Assembly (NCBI GenBank): GCA_030867685.1
Contig: JAQOWU010000001.1
Coordinates: 124,001-188,000 of the forward strand
Direction of reading: 5' to 3'
DNA length: 64,000 nucleotides
From: Wickerhamiella versatilis
Lineage: Eukaryota
The notes below the pieces were generated by a model. The model was not told where the DNA came from. It saw only the letters and a program-made list of their open reading frames with translations, and ran no database searches. Below, piece after piece: positions 51,931-61,504 of this stretch (position 1 is the first letter of the stretch; every line of letters begins with the position of its first letter). Position numbers and translations under genes: made by a program.

Positions 51931-54900
51931 ATGGCAGCTCCGTCCAGCGACGGAACGTGGTCAGCCCCTATGAGTTGGCCCGTACCGCTAGTTAAAAATC
52001 AGGCTCCTGAAGGACGTGAAACAGAGCTTGGAGTTGTAGAGCTTGGCGAGGCGGCATCTCAAGAAGCTTGGCCCTTGGAGACGGCCGCTAAATTTGTGGA
52101 GAGATACGCACAGCGTGATCGTGCTTTTCCTGACATCGACACGCTAGCTACGACAGTATTGCCAGATAATGCCACCAGCCTTGGGTCCGAGTCTCCTCAA
52201 AAACAGGACTTCTTCGGCACGGTAACGCATCCTTTACCGGCATCCCTTTTTAATGCACTTGACGCCAAAAAAAAGATAAGGATGGGAGTATTGCCCCTGC
52301 TTCGTCGTGTATGGATAGCACAGGGTAAAAAGTTGTTTTTCTGGTCTTTAGATTCACCAGATGAGTTTATTCAATTGGACAATATGTCCTCAGAGATTTC
52401 GACGGTCTCTGTGGCCCCTCCCAGGAACAATGTATTCATTGAATCTGTCACCCACGTGCTCTTAATATGTACTCGTTCACACATGCTCATCTATGCTGTG
52501 CATTTTGATGATAGTAGTAATTTGTTCGAAGTTTGGGATGCTGATCTCGCTGTCCCCATAGAGGGTCTGGGATTACCCACTATTCGCTCACTGGATGATG
52601 GAAGAGTCTTATTTATAGCAGAAAATTCTGGCACCTGCATCTGGGAAGCCCGATACCAGGCGACTGAGTCGTGGTTTCGGCCGCGGGCGTCACGTGTGGG
52701 AGTTGCAGGTGGCTCTTCATGGTTTGGGCTTTGTGGCTACCGGCCAAATAATACTTCGGAAAAAATTGTGGAGTTTGTTGTTGACCAATCCCGGCAGCTG
52801 GCGTATTTGGTAACTTCGCACGATATTCATGTTCATAGTTATGCCCAGGGAACTCACGAAAAAACATTAACACCCCAGTTAGAACGGGATGAAACGCTGG
52901 TTGGTTGCTCACCATTGTCGCAAAAGGAAAGCCGTGCTGTATGGCTTGTTTGTGTGACAAGTAAAGGCGCAAGAGTATTCTGTAGCTGTGACGCTGCCGT
53001 TGTAAGACCGATGCGTACCCTTGCTGCAAAACATATTAAGCCAGCACCTCTTCCTATATCACACCCCATTACGCAGGGATGGGTTATAGGGGGATATCTT
53101 ACCGTCGCTGTTGAAAACAAAAGGCTGCTGCTAAGTTGCCTGGATCAGGTGCGGGTACTAAGTCACATCGATCTTGGTGCTGCGCCTGCTTTCTCAGAAC
53201 TTACAGCCTGGCTACCTATTGAGGGTAATGTGCACGCAGTACATACATCCAACCTGCGATATGGTGCTGGGCCACCAGATGTCGTAAACGGTCCCCCCGT
53301 CGTAACAGTTTTGACTGACCGAGCTGTATATCACATACGTCCTCGTCCTTTCTGTGAAAGAATTGAGGCGTCTCGGACATTTGCAGCCATATATGGTCCT
53401 ATGGAAATATGTGCAGGGTCGCTAGAGGTAGCTACGAAGCCTGGAGTGAACGCAGCAGCAGTGCAGACTGCTGTATCTGTTTTTTTCAAGTTTGGTGGCT
53501 TGCCTATGTACCAGAAAGATGCAGAAGCTGCACGAAGGGCTCTCCTCACTAACCCACGTGCAGCCCTCGAGCCACGCCAAGCGGTAAGGTTAAGTGCATT
53601 ATTCGATGGTTTGGCGATTTACATTTACAGATGTCTTTCAGAGCTGTGGGATAAGCCACTGTTGGACAAGGCCCCTTATGAGTCAAAGAACCAGACTGCA
53701 AAGTACGAAAGTCTCGGTCCTTCGCGTGATTTGTTGGAGAAAATTTATGCTCGACTGAGTACTCTCTGTGCTTTCCTTAATAAAAATCGTAGCTTCAGTG
53801 AGGGTATGAGCTCCCGGCCGCTCATTCCAGAATCGATTACCTTGAGTCAAGTGGAGCATCGGGCACTAAGTGCGGTTACGCGACTAGCACGAAGCGCACA
53901 GGAAGGCATTGCTTTCTTGCTTTTGATTCTTTCCGAAACTGGGGGAAATCTGGGAGCCCTTCTTGGATACTTTACCCCTGAAGGCAAGGCAAAGCTCCGC
54001 TCTCTGACTTTTCGAAGTTTCTGTGCTCAAGCAAAAAACTCTGAAGTTGTTCGCGAGCTTATAACCGCCCTAGTGAATCTTGTAATCCATCGTGGAGACC
54101 CGATATATAGTGTTGCGAGAGTCATTGAGGATCGGTGCTCGTCGTACTGTTCTGGCAGCGATGTTCTTGTTTATAAAGCCCTTGAGCACTTGCACAGTGC
54201 TCGAGGCTCTGATGTTGAGCCAGAAATGCACCTCAAGCGGGCTACGGCACTTTTTAAACAGGCAGCAGGCAACCTGCAGCTAGACACGCTTAAAGAGGTG
54301 ACCTCAGAGCTTCAGAACCGTGGGTACGCGGTTGGAGCCACAGAAGTGGCCTTGGCAGCTGCGACTGAGCGAGATCCAGCACACTTAGCACTGGGTTATA
54401 TTCGAGAAGGAAAGCCAGTCGGCGATCCCCGTGAGCATGCCTATAAGACACGCTACGCAGCGTATGAGCTCATTTTAGCTACTGGCCTTCCAGACCCTGT
54501 ACTGAAAATTGGCCTGGCATCACCTGATGAGGTTTGGCATTTCACTTTATATGATTGGCTGCTAGAGCACAATCAGGCACAGCGTCTTGCCTCGGCAGGC
54601 ACACCTTATATCCAAGCTTATCTCCAACAAGGTGCAGCGACTTCTGTGCAGGCTGCAGACCTCCTTTGGCGTTTGTATCGTAAGAGAGGCGACCTCCTCG
54701 CTTCCGCTGACGTTCTCCTTGCGCTAGCTCGTGGTCCGCTCCCAGTAACAATTCAGCAACGTGTTGAGTTCCTATCTCGAGCAATGGGGTATTGCCAGTG
54801 CCCGTATCCATTAGACCAAAGGCAAGCCGGGATTAATCTGACAACCATGGTCCAAGCATATCTCCAAATTGCAAATATACAGGCAGATTTGTGTGCAGCA

Positions 54901-55458
54901 ATGGAAGAAGAAGGACGTGATGATAAGAGGCTGGAGACCAAGTTGCTGACTTTGTCGGAATTATACAATGAATATGCGGATCCATTTGGGTACCAAGACA
55001 TATGTCTTGCCATTTTTGCTGCCGCAGATTTCAGGGACCAGCAGGAAATTAGGCGTTGCTGGCAAAAGTTGCTAGCGAAGAGTGGCGACAATTATACACT
55101 GCTTGGTGCTACACTCACAAGGCTAGGTCAACATTTCTTGAACCTAGACTTCGTATTTCCCTTGGAATATTTGGTATCCGCACTAGAACAGCACAATGCT
55201 GAATATTGCGCGGATTCTCCAGCAGGTTGGCTAATTGAAGCATTCCTAAATGCTGGTGTGCCTTACAAAGTCCTTTACCAACTATTGATGGACATTCTCA
55301 ACACTAAGCCATATCCTTTCGACAACCCCAAGACGTCAAAGGTTGTAGCAGATGATGTCTATTTCTTGATTGAAGTGTGGAAACAAAGTGGCGATGAGTG
55401 GGAAATGCGCCAATATGTCAAAGAAAATGACATTTCCGATCTTGTACCTTACAAGTAA
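51931..55458 (+). CDS. NUP170: Inner-ring nucleoporin Nup170/Nup157 (Nup155 family)
   Basis: MG.LP..RRVW....KLFFW, PRNNVFIESVTHVLLI, S.LFDGL, RC.SYCS..DV..YKALE, HF.LYDWL, QRVEFLSRA and LSELYNEYADP. Confidence 0.88.
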   Translation: MAAPSSDGTWSAPMSWPVPLVKNQAPEGRETELGVVELGEAASQEAWPLETAAKFVERYAQRDRAFPDIDTLATTVLPDNATSLGSESPQKQDFFGTVTHPLPASLFNALDAKKKIRMGVLPLLRRVWIAQGKKLFFWSLDSPDEFIQLDNMSSEISTVSVAPPRNNVFIESVTHVLLICTRSHMLIYAVHFDDSSNLFEVWDADLAVPIEGLGLPTIRSLDDGRVLFIAENSGTCIWEARYQATESWFRPRASRVGVAGGSSWFGLCGYRPNNTSEKIVEFVVDQSRQLAYLVTSHDIHVHSYAQGTHEKTLTPQLERDETLVGCSPLSQKESRAVWLVCVTSKGARVFCSCDAAVVRPMRTLAAKHIKPAPLPISHPITQGWVIGGYLTVAVENKRLLLSCLDQVRVLSHIDLGAAPAFSELTAWLPIEGNVHAVHTSNLRYGAGPPDVVNGPPVVTVLTDRAVYHIRPRPFCERIEASRTFAAIYGPMEICAGSLEVATKPGVNAAAVQTAVSVFFKFGGLPMYQKDAEAARRALLTNPRAALEPRQAVRLSALFDGLAIYIYRCLSELWDKPLLDKAPYESKNQTAKYESLGPSRDLLEKIYARLSTLCAFLNKNRSFSEGMSSRPLIPESITLSQVEHRALSAVTRLARSAQEGIAFLLLILSETGGNLGALLGYFTPEGKAKLRSLTFRSFCAQAKNSEVVRELITALVNLVIHRGDPIYSVARVIEDRCSSYCSGSDVLVYKALEHLHSARGSDVEPEMHLKRATALFKQAAGNLQLDTLKEVTSELQNRGYAVGATEVALAAATERDPAHLALGYIREGKPVGDPREHAYKTRYAAYELILATGLPDPVLKIGLASPDEVWHFTLYDWLLEHNQAQRLASAGTPYIQAYLQQGAATSVQAADLLWRLYRKRGDLLASADVLLALARGPLPVTIQQRVEFLSRAMGYCQCPYPLDQRQAGINLTTMVQAYLQIANIQADLCAAMEEEGRDDKRLETKLLTLSELYNEYADPFGYQDICLAIFAAADFRDQQEIRRCWQKLLAKSGDNYTLLGATLTRLGQHFLNLDFVFPLEYLVSALEQHNAEYCADSPAGWLIEAFLNAGVPYKVLYQLLMDILNTKPYPFDNPKTSKVVADDVYFLIEVWKQSGDEWEMRQYVKENDISDLVPYK

Positions 55459-55785
55459 TTGTATACAGCAACTAACTACTTATAACTAAATCATATGTCT
55501 AAAAGAACATTGTCCAATAGTTTTCTGGTCCTTGCACATGGCAATTGTCCCCGTCCAGATATAAACATGTATATCTTTCGAAATAGCAGTTACGACCGAA
55601 TCCAGTAGGTAACTGAGCTTACCGTCCGAGCAGCCATACATAAACTGAGTATCTGATTCAGTATTGGGGCGGGGTTACTTAAAATTTTAGGTGCTGAAGT
55701 TTTTCTTTTTTATTATTTTCTTGGTACTTCAACAGCAACATGTTAGGGGTATATAAATGATCCCTACGAGGGCATTACGTTAACA

Positions 55786-55856
55786 GCATCGATAGTTAAA
55801 CGGTATAATGGAGCCTTCCCAAGGCTCAGTCCCGGGTTCGACTCCCGGTCGATGCA
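55786..55856 (+). tRNA. tRNA-Gly, anticodon CCC, intronless
   Basis: Acceptor stem GCATCGA/TCGATGC plus A; anticodon arm GAGCC-TTCCCAA-GGCTC; T arm CCGGG-TTCGACT-CCCGG; followed by an oligo-T Pol III terminator. Confidence 0.97.
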
Positions 55857-55962
55857 TTTTTTCTTTTTTGATTTTTCAGGTATTTAATCTAATAAATTCA
55901 CTTGGCAAATGGATTTGGTCGAAGGCTTTTTCTATACGTTCTTTTTTCTTTGTATCCTAGGA

Positions 55963-56922
55963 CTAGTAATATATAGATCGTACACGATGACATGGAATAG
56001 GTGCTTTGGATTCTTCTTTTTTTGCCAAATCCCATAGAAAAAAATCAGCAAGAATGGAATTTGCTTTGAGACCATCAGCCCGAATTTTCTCCACAATTAC
56101 CTCGACGGCACAGATAGAACAAGCCCTTAGCTCTACCTCTGCTTTTTCTTTCGACTGCATTAAATCCCCGCGCCTAATTCTCGCCTCAAGGTCGTCTGAA
56201 TAGCTTATGCAGCCCAAACTCCACAGAATTTGAGGCACACGATAATCTGCAAACATGGTAATGGTGTCAATGTCTTCAAAATGACCCCATTGTTCTCCAT
56301 CGAAGCAAGCCCACAAATCCGCAATAAGGATTTGAGCCCGTTTGTAGATCTTGACTTTCACGTTGTCATAAATCGCCGTATCGTCATAAGAGGACAAATT
56401 CGTCGTTAGCCATTCAATCGTCTTAGCTGCCGAAAATCCCTGCTCCACGAGAATATCGCTGAATTGTCTTGTACCTAGTACTGAGCCAGCTTCCTGTAAA
56501 ACAGCGATTCTCTCCGATAATAGAGGAACTGGATTTGCCGTAGAGCTTCGAAATACTTTTTTCATTATGTCCGGAAAATCCGGCCTCTGCCAAGTCCTAG
56601 GGTCTGTGATGTGAATACCCTCATCCAGAGCACGGTCTATGGCCGCTGCTAACGCCCAATAGCCAGTATATACTATTCCTTCATACTCTATTCCATAGGG
56701 CTCACTGCTCCAGAAGCTGAAATTAAGAGTATCAACGGTAAAAATCCAGGCGACTGTCTCCGGCGTTTTCTCATTCGGATGAAGATGTGGCTCTGACCAC
56801 TTGCTTGTTGTGTATTTTGCAATCATGGGCTCGAGCTCTGATGCTATGGTGCGACAGCGTTCATAATTAACAGAAACATCTTTAGCTCGGCTAGCCACCC
56901 ATTTTGTGCTCTCGCGTACCAT
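55963..56922 (-). CDS. QNG1: Queuosine salvage protein (DUF2419; QNG1/C9orf64 family)
   Basis: WIFTVDTLNFSFWS, YTGYWALAAAI.RA, YKRAQILIADLWACF, ITMFADYRVPQIL, EVELRACSI, DFFLWD and HRVRSIYY. Confidence 0.93.
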   Translation of the reverse strand: MVRESTKWVASRAKDVSVNYERCRTIASELEPMIAKYTTSKWSEPHLHPNEKTPETVAWIFTVDTLNFSFWSSEPYGIEYEGIVYTGYWALAAAIDRALDEGIHITDPRTWQRPDFPDIMKKVFRSSTANPVPLLSERIAVLQEAGSVLGTRQFSDILVEQGFSAAKTIEWLTTNLSSYDDTAIYDNVKVKIYKRAQILIADLWACFDGEQWGHFEDIDTITMFADYRVPQILWSLGCISYSDDLEARIRRGDLMQSKEKAEVELRACSICAVEVIVEKIRADGLKANSILADFFLWDLAKKEESKAPIPCHRVRSIYY

Positions 56923-56966
56923 GCCGCTTGGGTAAGCTGCACGATGCCGCTTCGGTAAGCTGCACG
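56921..56966. repeat. 23-bp direct tandem repeat (2 copies, 22/23 identical)
   Basis: ATGCCGCTTGGGTAAGCTGCACG / ATGCCGCTTCGGTAAGCTGCACG, abutting the QNG1 start codon. Confidence 0.9.
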
Positions 56967-57464
56967 CGACATATCAATTAAGCTGAGGTGTCTGGTTCGA
57001 ATGTAAAAAACTAATAAGTCCATAATATAAATTCGTTGCCACTCAGCATAGTACAGAAGCTAAGTAACACATAGAGATTTGAGAATTTACTAACGAAGCC
57101 GCGACAATCAGAGGCGGCGATATTTTGCACAGAAAGGTCTCTAGGAGCTGATCCCAAGCTTTTTACCACTGAATGGCGCTGTTATTGCACTCTATTAATG
57201 TTATAGGCTATCCTAGAGGAGCCAGGAACTACTATGGTAACCCCCAGATTTTGATAGAAGACCAACTAACTAGAGTCACGAAAACGATTCTTAAATTGAT
57301 TGATACCCATATAAATAAATTCAGAATCGTGCAAATATGAGAACACATATTAAAAACGTACAGAAATGCCTTAGTTTGGTTTGTTTACATGGTGCGAATT
57401 GTTCATCTGGGAGTAATCAAATTAAGCAAGCTGCAAGGATCATCAAGTTGTTGGTCATCTAAGC

Positions 57465-60311
57465 ATGTGTTTCGAGGGATCAAATGGTTCATTTTGGTTT
57501 CCTGATAGCATATTCCCTCGAAGTGATGCTGCTGATGAGCTTGTTTTAGCTCCTCAGGACACTGCAGAACGTATGAGGAGTGTTGCCACCGCCGGACGCA
57601 AATTGGGCTGGGCGCGGGACGTCCTGCAATTCCAAGGCCGCTACGGCATGCTAGAACGCCCTCTGGTTTCCGAGGCCTATCGAATTATAGAGGATGCGTC
57701 TCAAAATTCTGGTGAAGATGGCGCTACGGCGACGTATTTGTTGGCGATCTTGCAATCGGACCCTGATAAAAAGCGCCAATATTTTCAAGAGGCGATCAAA
57801 AAGGGGTCTGCGCGTGCCTGGTATCGCGTTGGAACTAGTTCTGAGATGCGAGGGGACTATGAGAGGGGGAAAAAGCGTTATGTGCGTGGAGTCAGAAAAG
57901 AAGATATTGCATCCCTGTACCGTCTAGCACTTGCATCACGTCCAGTAGATGTCGAGAGCCTCAGCCGTGCTGCATTAGGAGCAGATACAGACTTCCCATT
58001 GCCAGCTTATGTATATGGACTTTTACTGCTTGGTGAGGTAGAAATCACCGGTATTGATCGACCTCAACGAAATCCAGAGGTAGCATTCCAGTTTATACAA
58101 AGGGCTGCTGCATTAGGCCATGCACCAGCACAAATGCGTATGTGTGCGGCTTATCAGGGTGGTTATCGGGGCTTTGACTGCGTCATTGCGCTGCGATACC
58201 TCCACTTGGCCGCCCGGCAGGAAGCATGGCTGTCATATCAGAAGTTTCCAACAACCTTGGGTGGGGAACCTGCATCCCAATTGGTAAAATGGCTACTTTG
58301 TGGCTACCCTGGCGTCTTAGCACCGAATGAGCTTATGGCCTTTCGCTTTGCTGAGTGGGGTGCTGCACAAGATGAACCCACGGCGTTATTTGCAATGGGA
58401 TACTTTTACGAGGTTGGTATCGGGTGCACGCAAAATATTCCACTGTCGCTAGAGTATTACCGTAAATCTGCGTCCAAAGACTGTGACGCTGCAAAGGCAC
58501 GCCTTGGTCAAATTTCCAGTCCTCTTCGCCGAACTCTAACGCGGAAGGACCATAATGAGACTCTGAGAAGCCACCGCTCACAGAATTTCGATGAAAAAAA
58601 GGACCCGCGTATGATGGCAATCAAACCTGGCTCATTGCCATACGCTGATGATGCTGAAACTCCTTTAAACGAACAGAAGCAGCACCCTAGAAATGTCTCG
58701 ACGCCATATCCTGTATCACCGGAACAGCCCGTCCGCCGTGAGCCGCTGCCATACCCTACATCGCCCTTGGGTGCTGCACAGCAGCCAGTGCATCCTTCTG
58801 AGCAGCCGCAGGGCAAGTCTGCTCAAAGAACAGAGACGCGACCTTTTTCAATGCCACCAACGGTAAATGCCCCCAAGCCAGTTGCTGAGACACCCCAGAA
58901 TACCCTCTCTGACCGTAGGCCGTTATCAACAGTACCAAGTTTGCCATCAGACCTCTCTAGTCATTCAGAGACCTCTTCCGTTCCACGTGTTAAGCCGGCA
59001 TTCCAGCATTCTGCCCATTTGGCCTCAGCTCCGTCTCGAAGCAGCTCTGGTGTCCTTACACGGGAAAAACCTAGTCTTGAATCTGACCAGACATCCGGTA
59101 ATACTACCCGCAGGTACTTTTCGAGTAGTGAAACAGCTATCCCACGCGGACAGCCAGGGAAATATACAGGCCACAATAGCTATAGTTCTGGAAACCCACC
59201 AGTTGGTCCAGACGCCAATACTGCTCGGCTTAGACAACGTGCAATTACCCAACCGGAATTCCAAGGTAACTCGTTTATGTCCCCTGATAAAAATCGATCC
59301 GAACCTCATCTACCTAAAAACCCTGCAACAAACAACCCCTTTGCCAGCAACCCAGCCATACAAGTTAATGGTCCTAATATTGTTCGTGGAAAACATTCGC
59401 GAGCACCTTCGAATTATCGAGAGTTATCTTCCAGTAGGGCCGCAGAATCTATTAGACCACAAACTCCCGCCGCGAGTCAGCCGTTCATACAAGGTAGTGG
59501 TCCTAATATTGTCCGTGGAAAGCCTGTAGTACCTTCGCAGACAACATCCAATTATCCTGAAACTCCTCCTGGCAAAACACCAGTATCTACTAAACCCCAA
59601 AATCCTGCTGCGAGCCCGAACGTACAAGGTAATGGCCCCAATATTGTCTCTGGGAAACCTGCATTACCTCCACAGACGTTCTCCAATCATTCAGAAGCAC
59701 CTTCTGGCAAGATCTCAGAATCTGCCAGACCACAAAATGCCGCTGCGAGTCACCCGAGCATGCAGGGCACCAGCATCAATAATGTCCGTGGTAGACCCGC
59801 AGTACCGTCACAAAAGTTATCCAATTATCCCGAAGTTCCTTCTGGCACCAACCCAGAACCTACTAAACCGCTAGGTCAACTCAATTTGGATTCCCCTAAA
59901 GAGCCTGCGAAAAGCGCTACACCTCCATCTCGGTCGAGAAATGTCAGTCCATCGAAAATGGCAGGGAGGCTGAAAAGATTTGTTTCTGGAGGATATAATA
60001 CAGGCTCAGATGACTTGCGTCCCCCGTCAACGATTAAGAATAATCTAATGGCGTCGGATAGCCCAGTTTTGTCTACACCTGAATATACCGAATCGTCGTC
60101 ACCTGAATCCTCCCCTAACTCTTCTCCACGAATGCCTCAGCCCAACAGCGCAAGCCCCAGTTTGCGGTCTCTTGGAGCTCGTACTGACTCTTTAACATCA
60201 GAAGCTACTTCTCAATCCAGCTTGAAAAAGCCGGGTGTGGCCTATACATTTGACGATATGGGTATCAAAACTGTGACAAAGGACAAAAAAGATACGTGTG
60301 TAATATTTTGA
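57465..60311 (+). CDS. SEL1-repeat protein of the Chs4/Skt5/Ack1 family with a CaaX box
   Basis: SEL1 repeats (AAALGHAPAQ; W.LCG.PGVL.PNE..AF; A.FAMGYFYEVGIG); long Pro/Ser-rich tail; ends TFDDMGI...DTCVIF. Confidence 0.85.
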   Translation: MCFEGSNGSFWFPDSIFPRSDAADELVLAPQDTAERMRSVATAGRKLGWARDVLQFQGRYGMLERPLVSEAYRIIEDASQNSGEDGATATYLLAILQSDPDKKRQYFQEAIKKGSARAWYRVGTSSEMRGDYERGKKRYVRGVRKEDIASLYRLALASRPVDVESLSRAALGADTDFPLPAYVYGLLLLGEVEITGIDRPQRNPEVAFQFIQRAAALGHAPAQMRMCAAYQGGYRGFDCVIALRYLHLAARQEAWLSYQKFPTTLGGEPASQLVKWLLCGYPGVLAPNELMAFRFAEWGAAQDEPTALFAMGYFYEVGIGCTQNIPLSLEYYRKSASKDCDAAKARLGQISSPLRRTLTRKDHNETLRSHRSQNFDEKKDPRMMAIKPGSLPYADDAETPLNEQKQHPRNVSTPYPVSPEQPVRREPLPYPTSPLGAAQQPVHPSEQPQGKSAQRTETRPFSMPPTVNAPKPVAETPQNTLSDRRPLSTVPSLPSDLSSHSETSSVPRVKPAFQHSAHLASAPSRSSSGVLTREKPSLESDQTSGNTTRRYFSSSETAIPRGQPGKYTGHNSYSSGNPPVGPDANTARLRQRAITQPEFQGNSFMSPDKNRSEPHLPKNPATNNPFASNPAIQVNGPNIVRGKHSRAPSNYRELSSSRAAESIRPQTPAASQPFIQGSGPNIVRGKPVVPSQTTSNYPETPPGKTPVSTKPQNPAASPNVQGNGPNIVSGKPALPPQTFSNHSEAPSGKISESARPQNAAASHPSMQGTSINNVRGRPAVPSQKLSNYPEVPSGTNPEPTKPLGQLNLDSPKEPAKSATPPSRSRNVSPSKMAGRLKRFVSGGYNTGSDDLRPPSTIKNNLMASDSPVLSTPEYTESSSPESSPNSSPRMPQPNSASPSLRSLGARTDSLTSEATSQSSLKKPGVAYTFDDMGIKTVTKDKKDTCVIF
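59340..59870 (+). repeat. Four degenerate in-frame repeats of 43-46 aa in the SEL1 protein tail
   Basis: GPNIVRGK / GPNIVRGK / GPNIVSGK / SINNVRGR begin at 59370, 59499, 59634 and 59772; each is followed by SN[YH]xE. Confidence 0.85.
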
Positions 60312-60507
60312 GTAGCAACCTCTGGTTGAGACATTTTGCTCCTTCCTGACTTATTTTTTATTTTATCCTTATTGTGAATACCAACCCTGCTTTGGTCCTA
60401 TGGAACAATGCAGTATTCTAGTATATATTAGAAAATAATTGCTGTTTGATGTGGTTGGATTGAGCACTTAATAAATTTTGGTATATTTATAGGATCTTCA
60501 TGTCTTT

Positions 60508-60693
60508 TTAAACACGTCTAGGTGGCCTGTAAGCGGGAGCCGGTCGAAATGATCCACCTGGTGAGGCACGACCGAGATTGCGGAATTGTGGTGCACTGTG
60601 CTGACGGCCATACCCGGGATCATCAATAAATTTACGATACATCCACGAGGCGGTATCCCAAGCTGAATATACTAGTGTTTCGAGAACAGGCAT
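60508..60693 (-). CDS. Hypothetical 61-aa microprotein
   Basis: A GC-richer island between AT-rich flanks, with an AAAATG start context. No family recognised. Confidence 0.5.
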   Translation of the reverse strand: MPVLETLVYSAWDTASWMYRKFIDDPGYGRQHSAPQFRNLGRASPGGSFRPAPAYRPPRRV

Positions 60694-61504
60694 TTTGTGC
60701 TATGTGAAGAAAAAAAAAGAAATAATGCTCTATATGGTGATTCAGTTCACCGAGAACGTACCATTCTGAAGGCGGAATGTCTCTATGTAGCAATTATTGA
60801 GATCTTTCCTTAACAGATACCTAGATAAAGTAGACATTGATTGGTTTGTAAGATTTTACAAAATCAGGAGATTTACTGATCCGGGGGGGTGTTGGGTCTG
60901 GTTTCGTAAAATAACGAAACAGAGAATTCTCGATTAAGACTCAGCCTGAAGATCGTAACAGCTGGCTAATTCCTGGAATTTCTTCTTTCTTCTAAGCTAT
61001 ACAGGAGCCGAAAGCAATATTTTCGTGAGATCATAGGTCGTGACAAAATTGTATAAGGTTAAAATAGGCTTAATATCGACGATAAATAATGTAACTTGAC
61101 TCCCATCCAATAAATAGTGTAATTTTAGCTTACCATGCTCTCAACACGTGGCCAATCACGTAACTGCTAAAACAGCAATAGCCATGGTAAATTACTCGTC
61201 TAAAACCACACTGCACGAAAATTCAAGGGTCAGAAAAATCTAGCAAATTAACCATCGATTGAGAAAAAAAACTTAGCACGTAACTATACGTCAATTATGA
61301 AGCCGGGTGGTTCTGATTAGTCATATTTGACAGCGAACGGCATCAATTAGAATAACGATACGTATCCAAACAAAGTTTAATAGGGGCGAATGTATATGAG
61401 GACATTTCCATGCGTCACTTGGAAATTTTTTTACTTGCATCAGCTTCGTTTCGTGTAAGGTTAGTTATAGTTATACACCTGAAAAGATTTGTCAGGTTGG
61501 TCGT

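Noticed and set aside
60600..60625. CGGCCATAC resembling the 5' end of 5S rRNA
   Set aside because: The downstream sequence does not match 5S.
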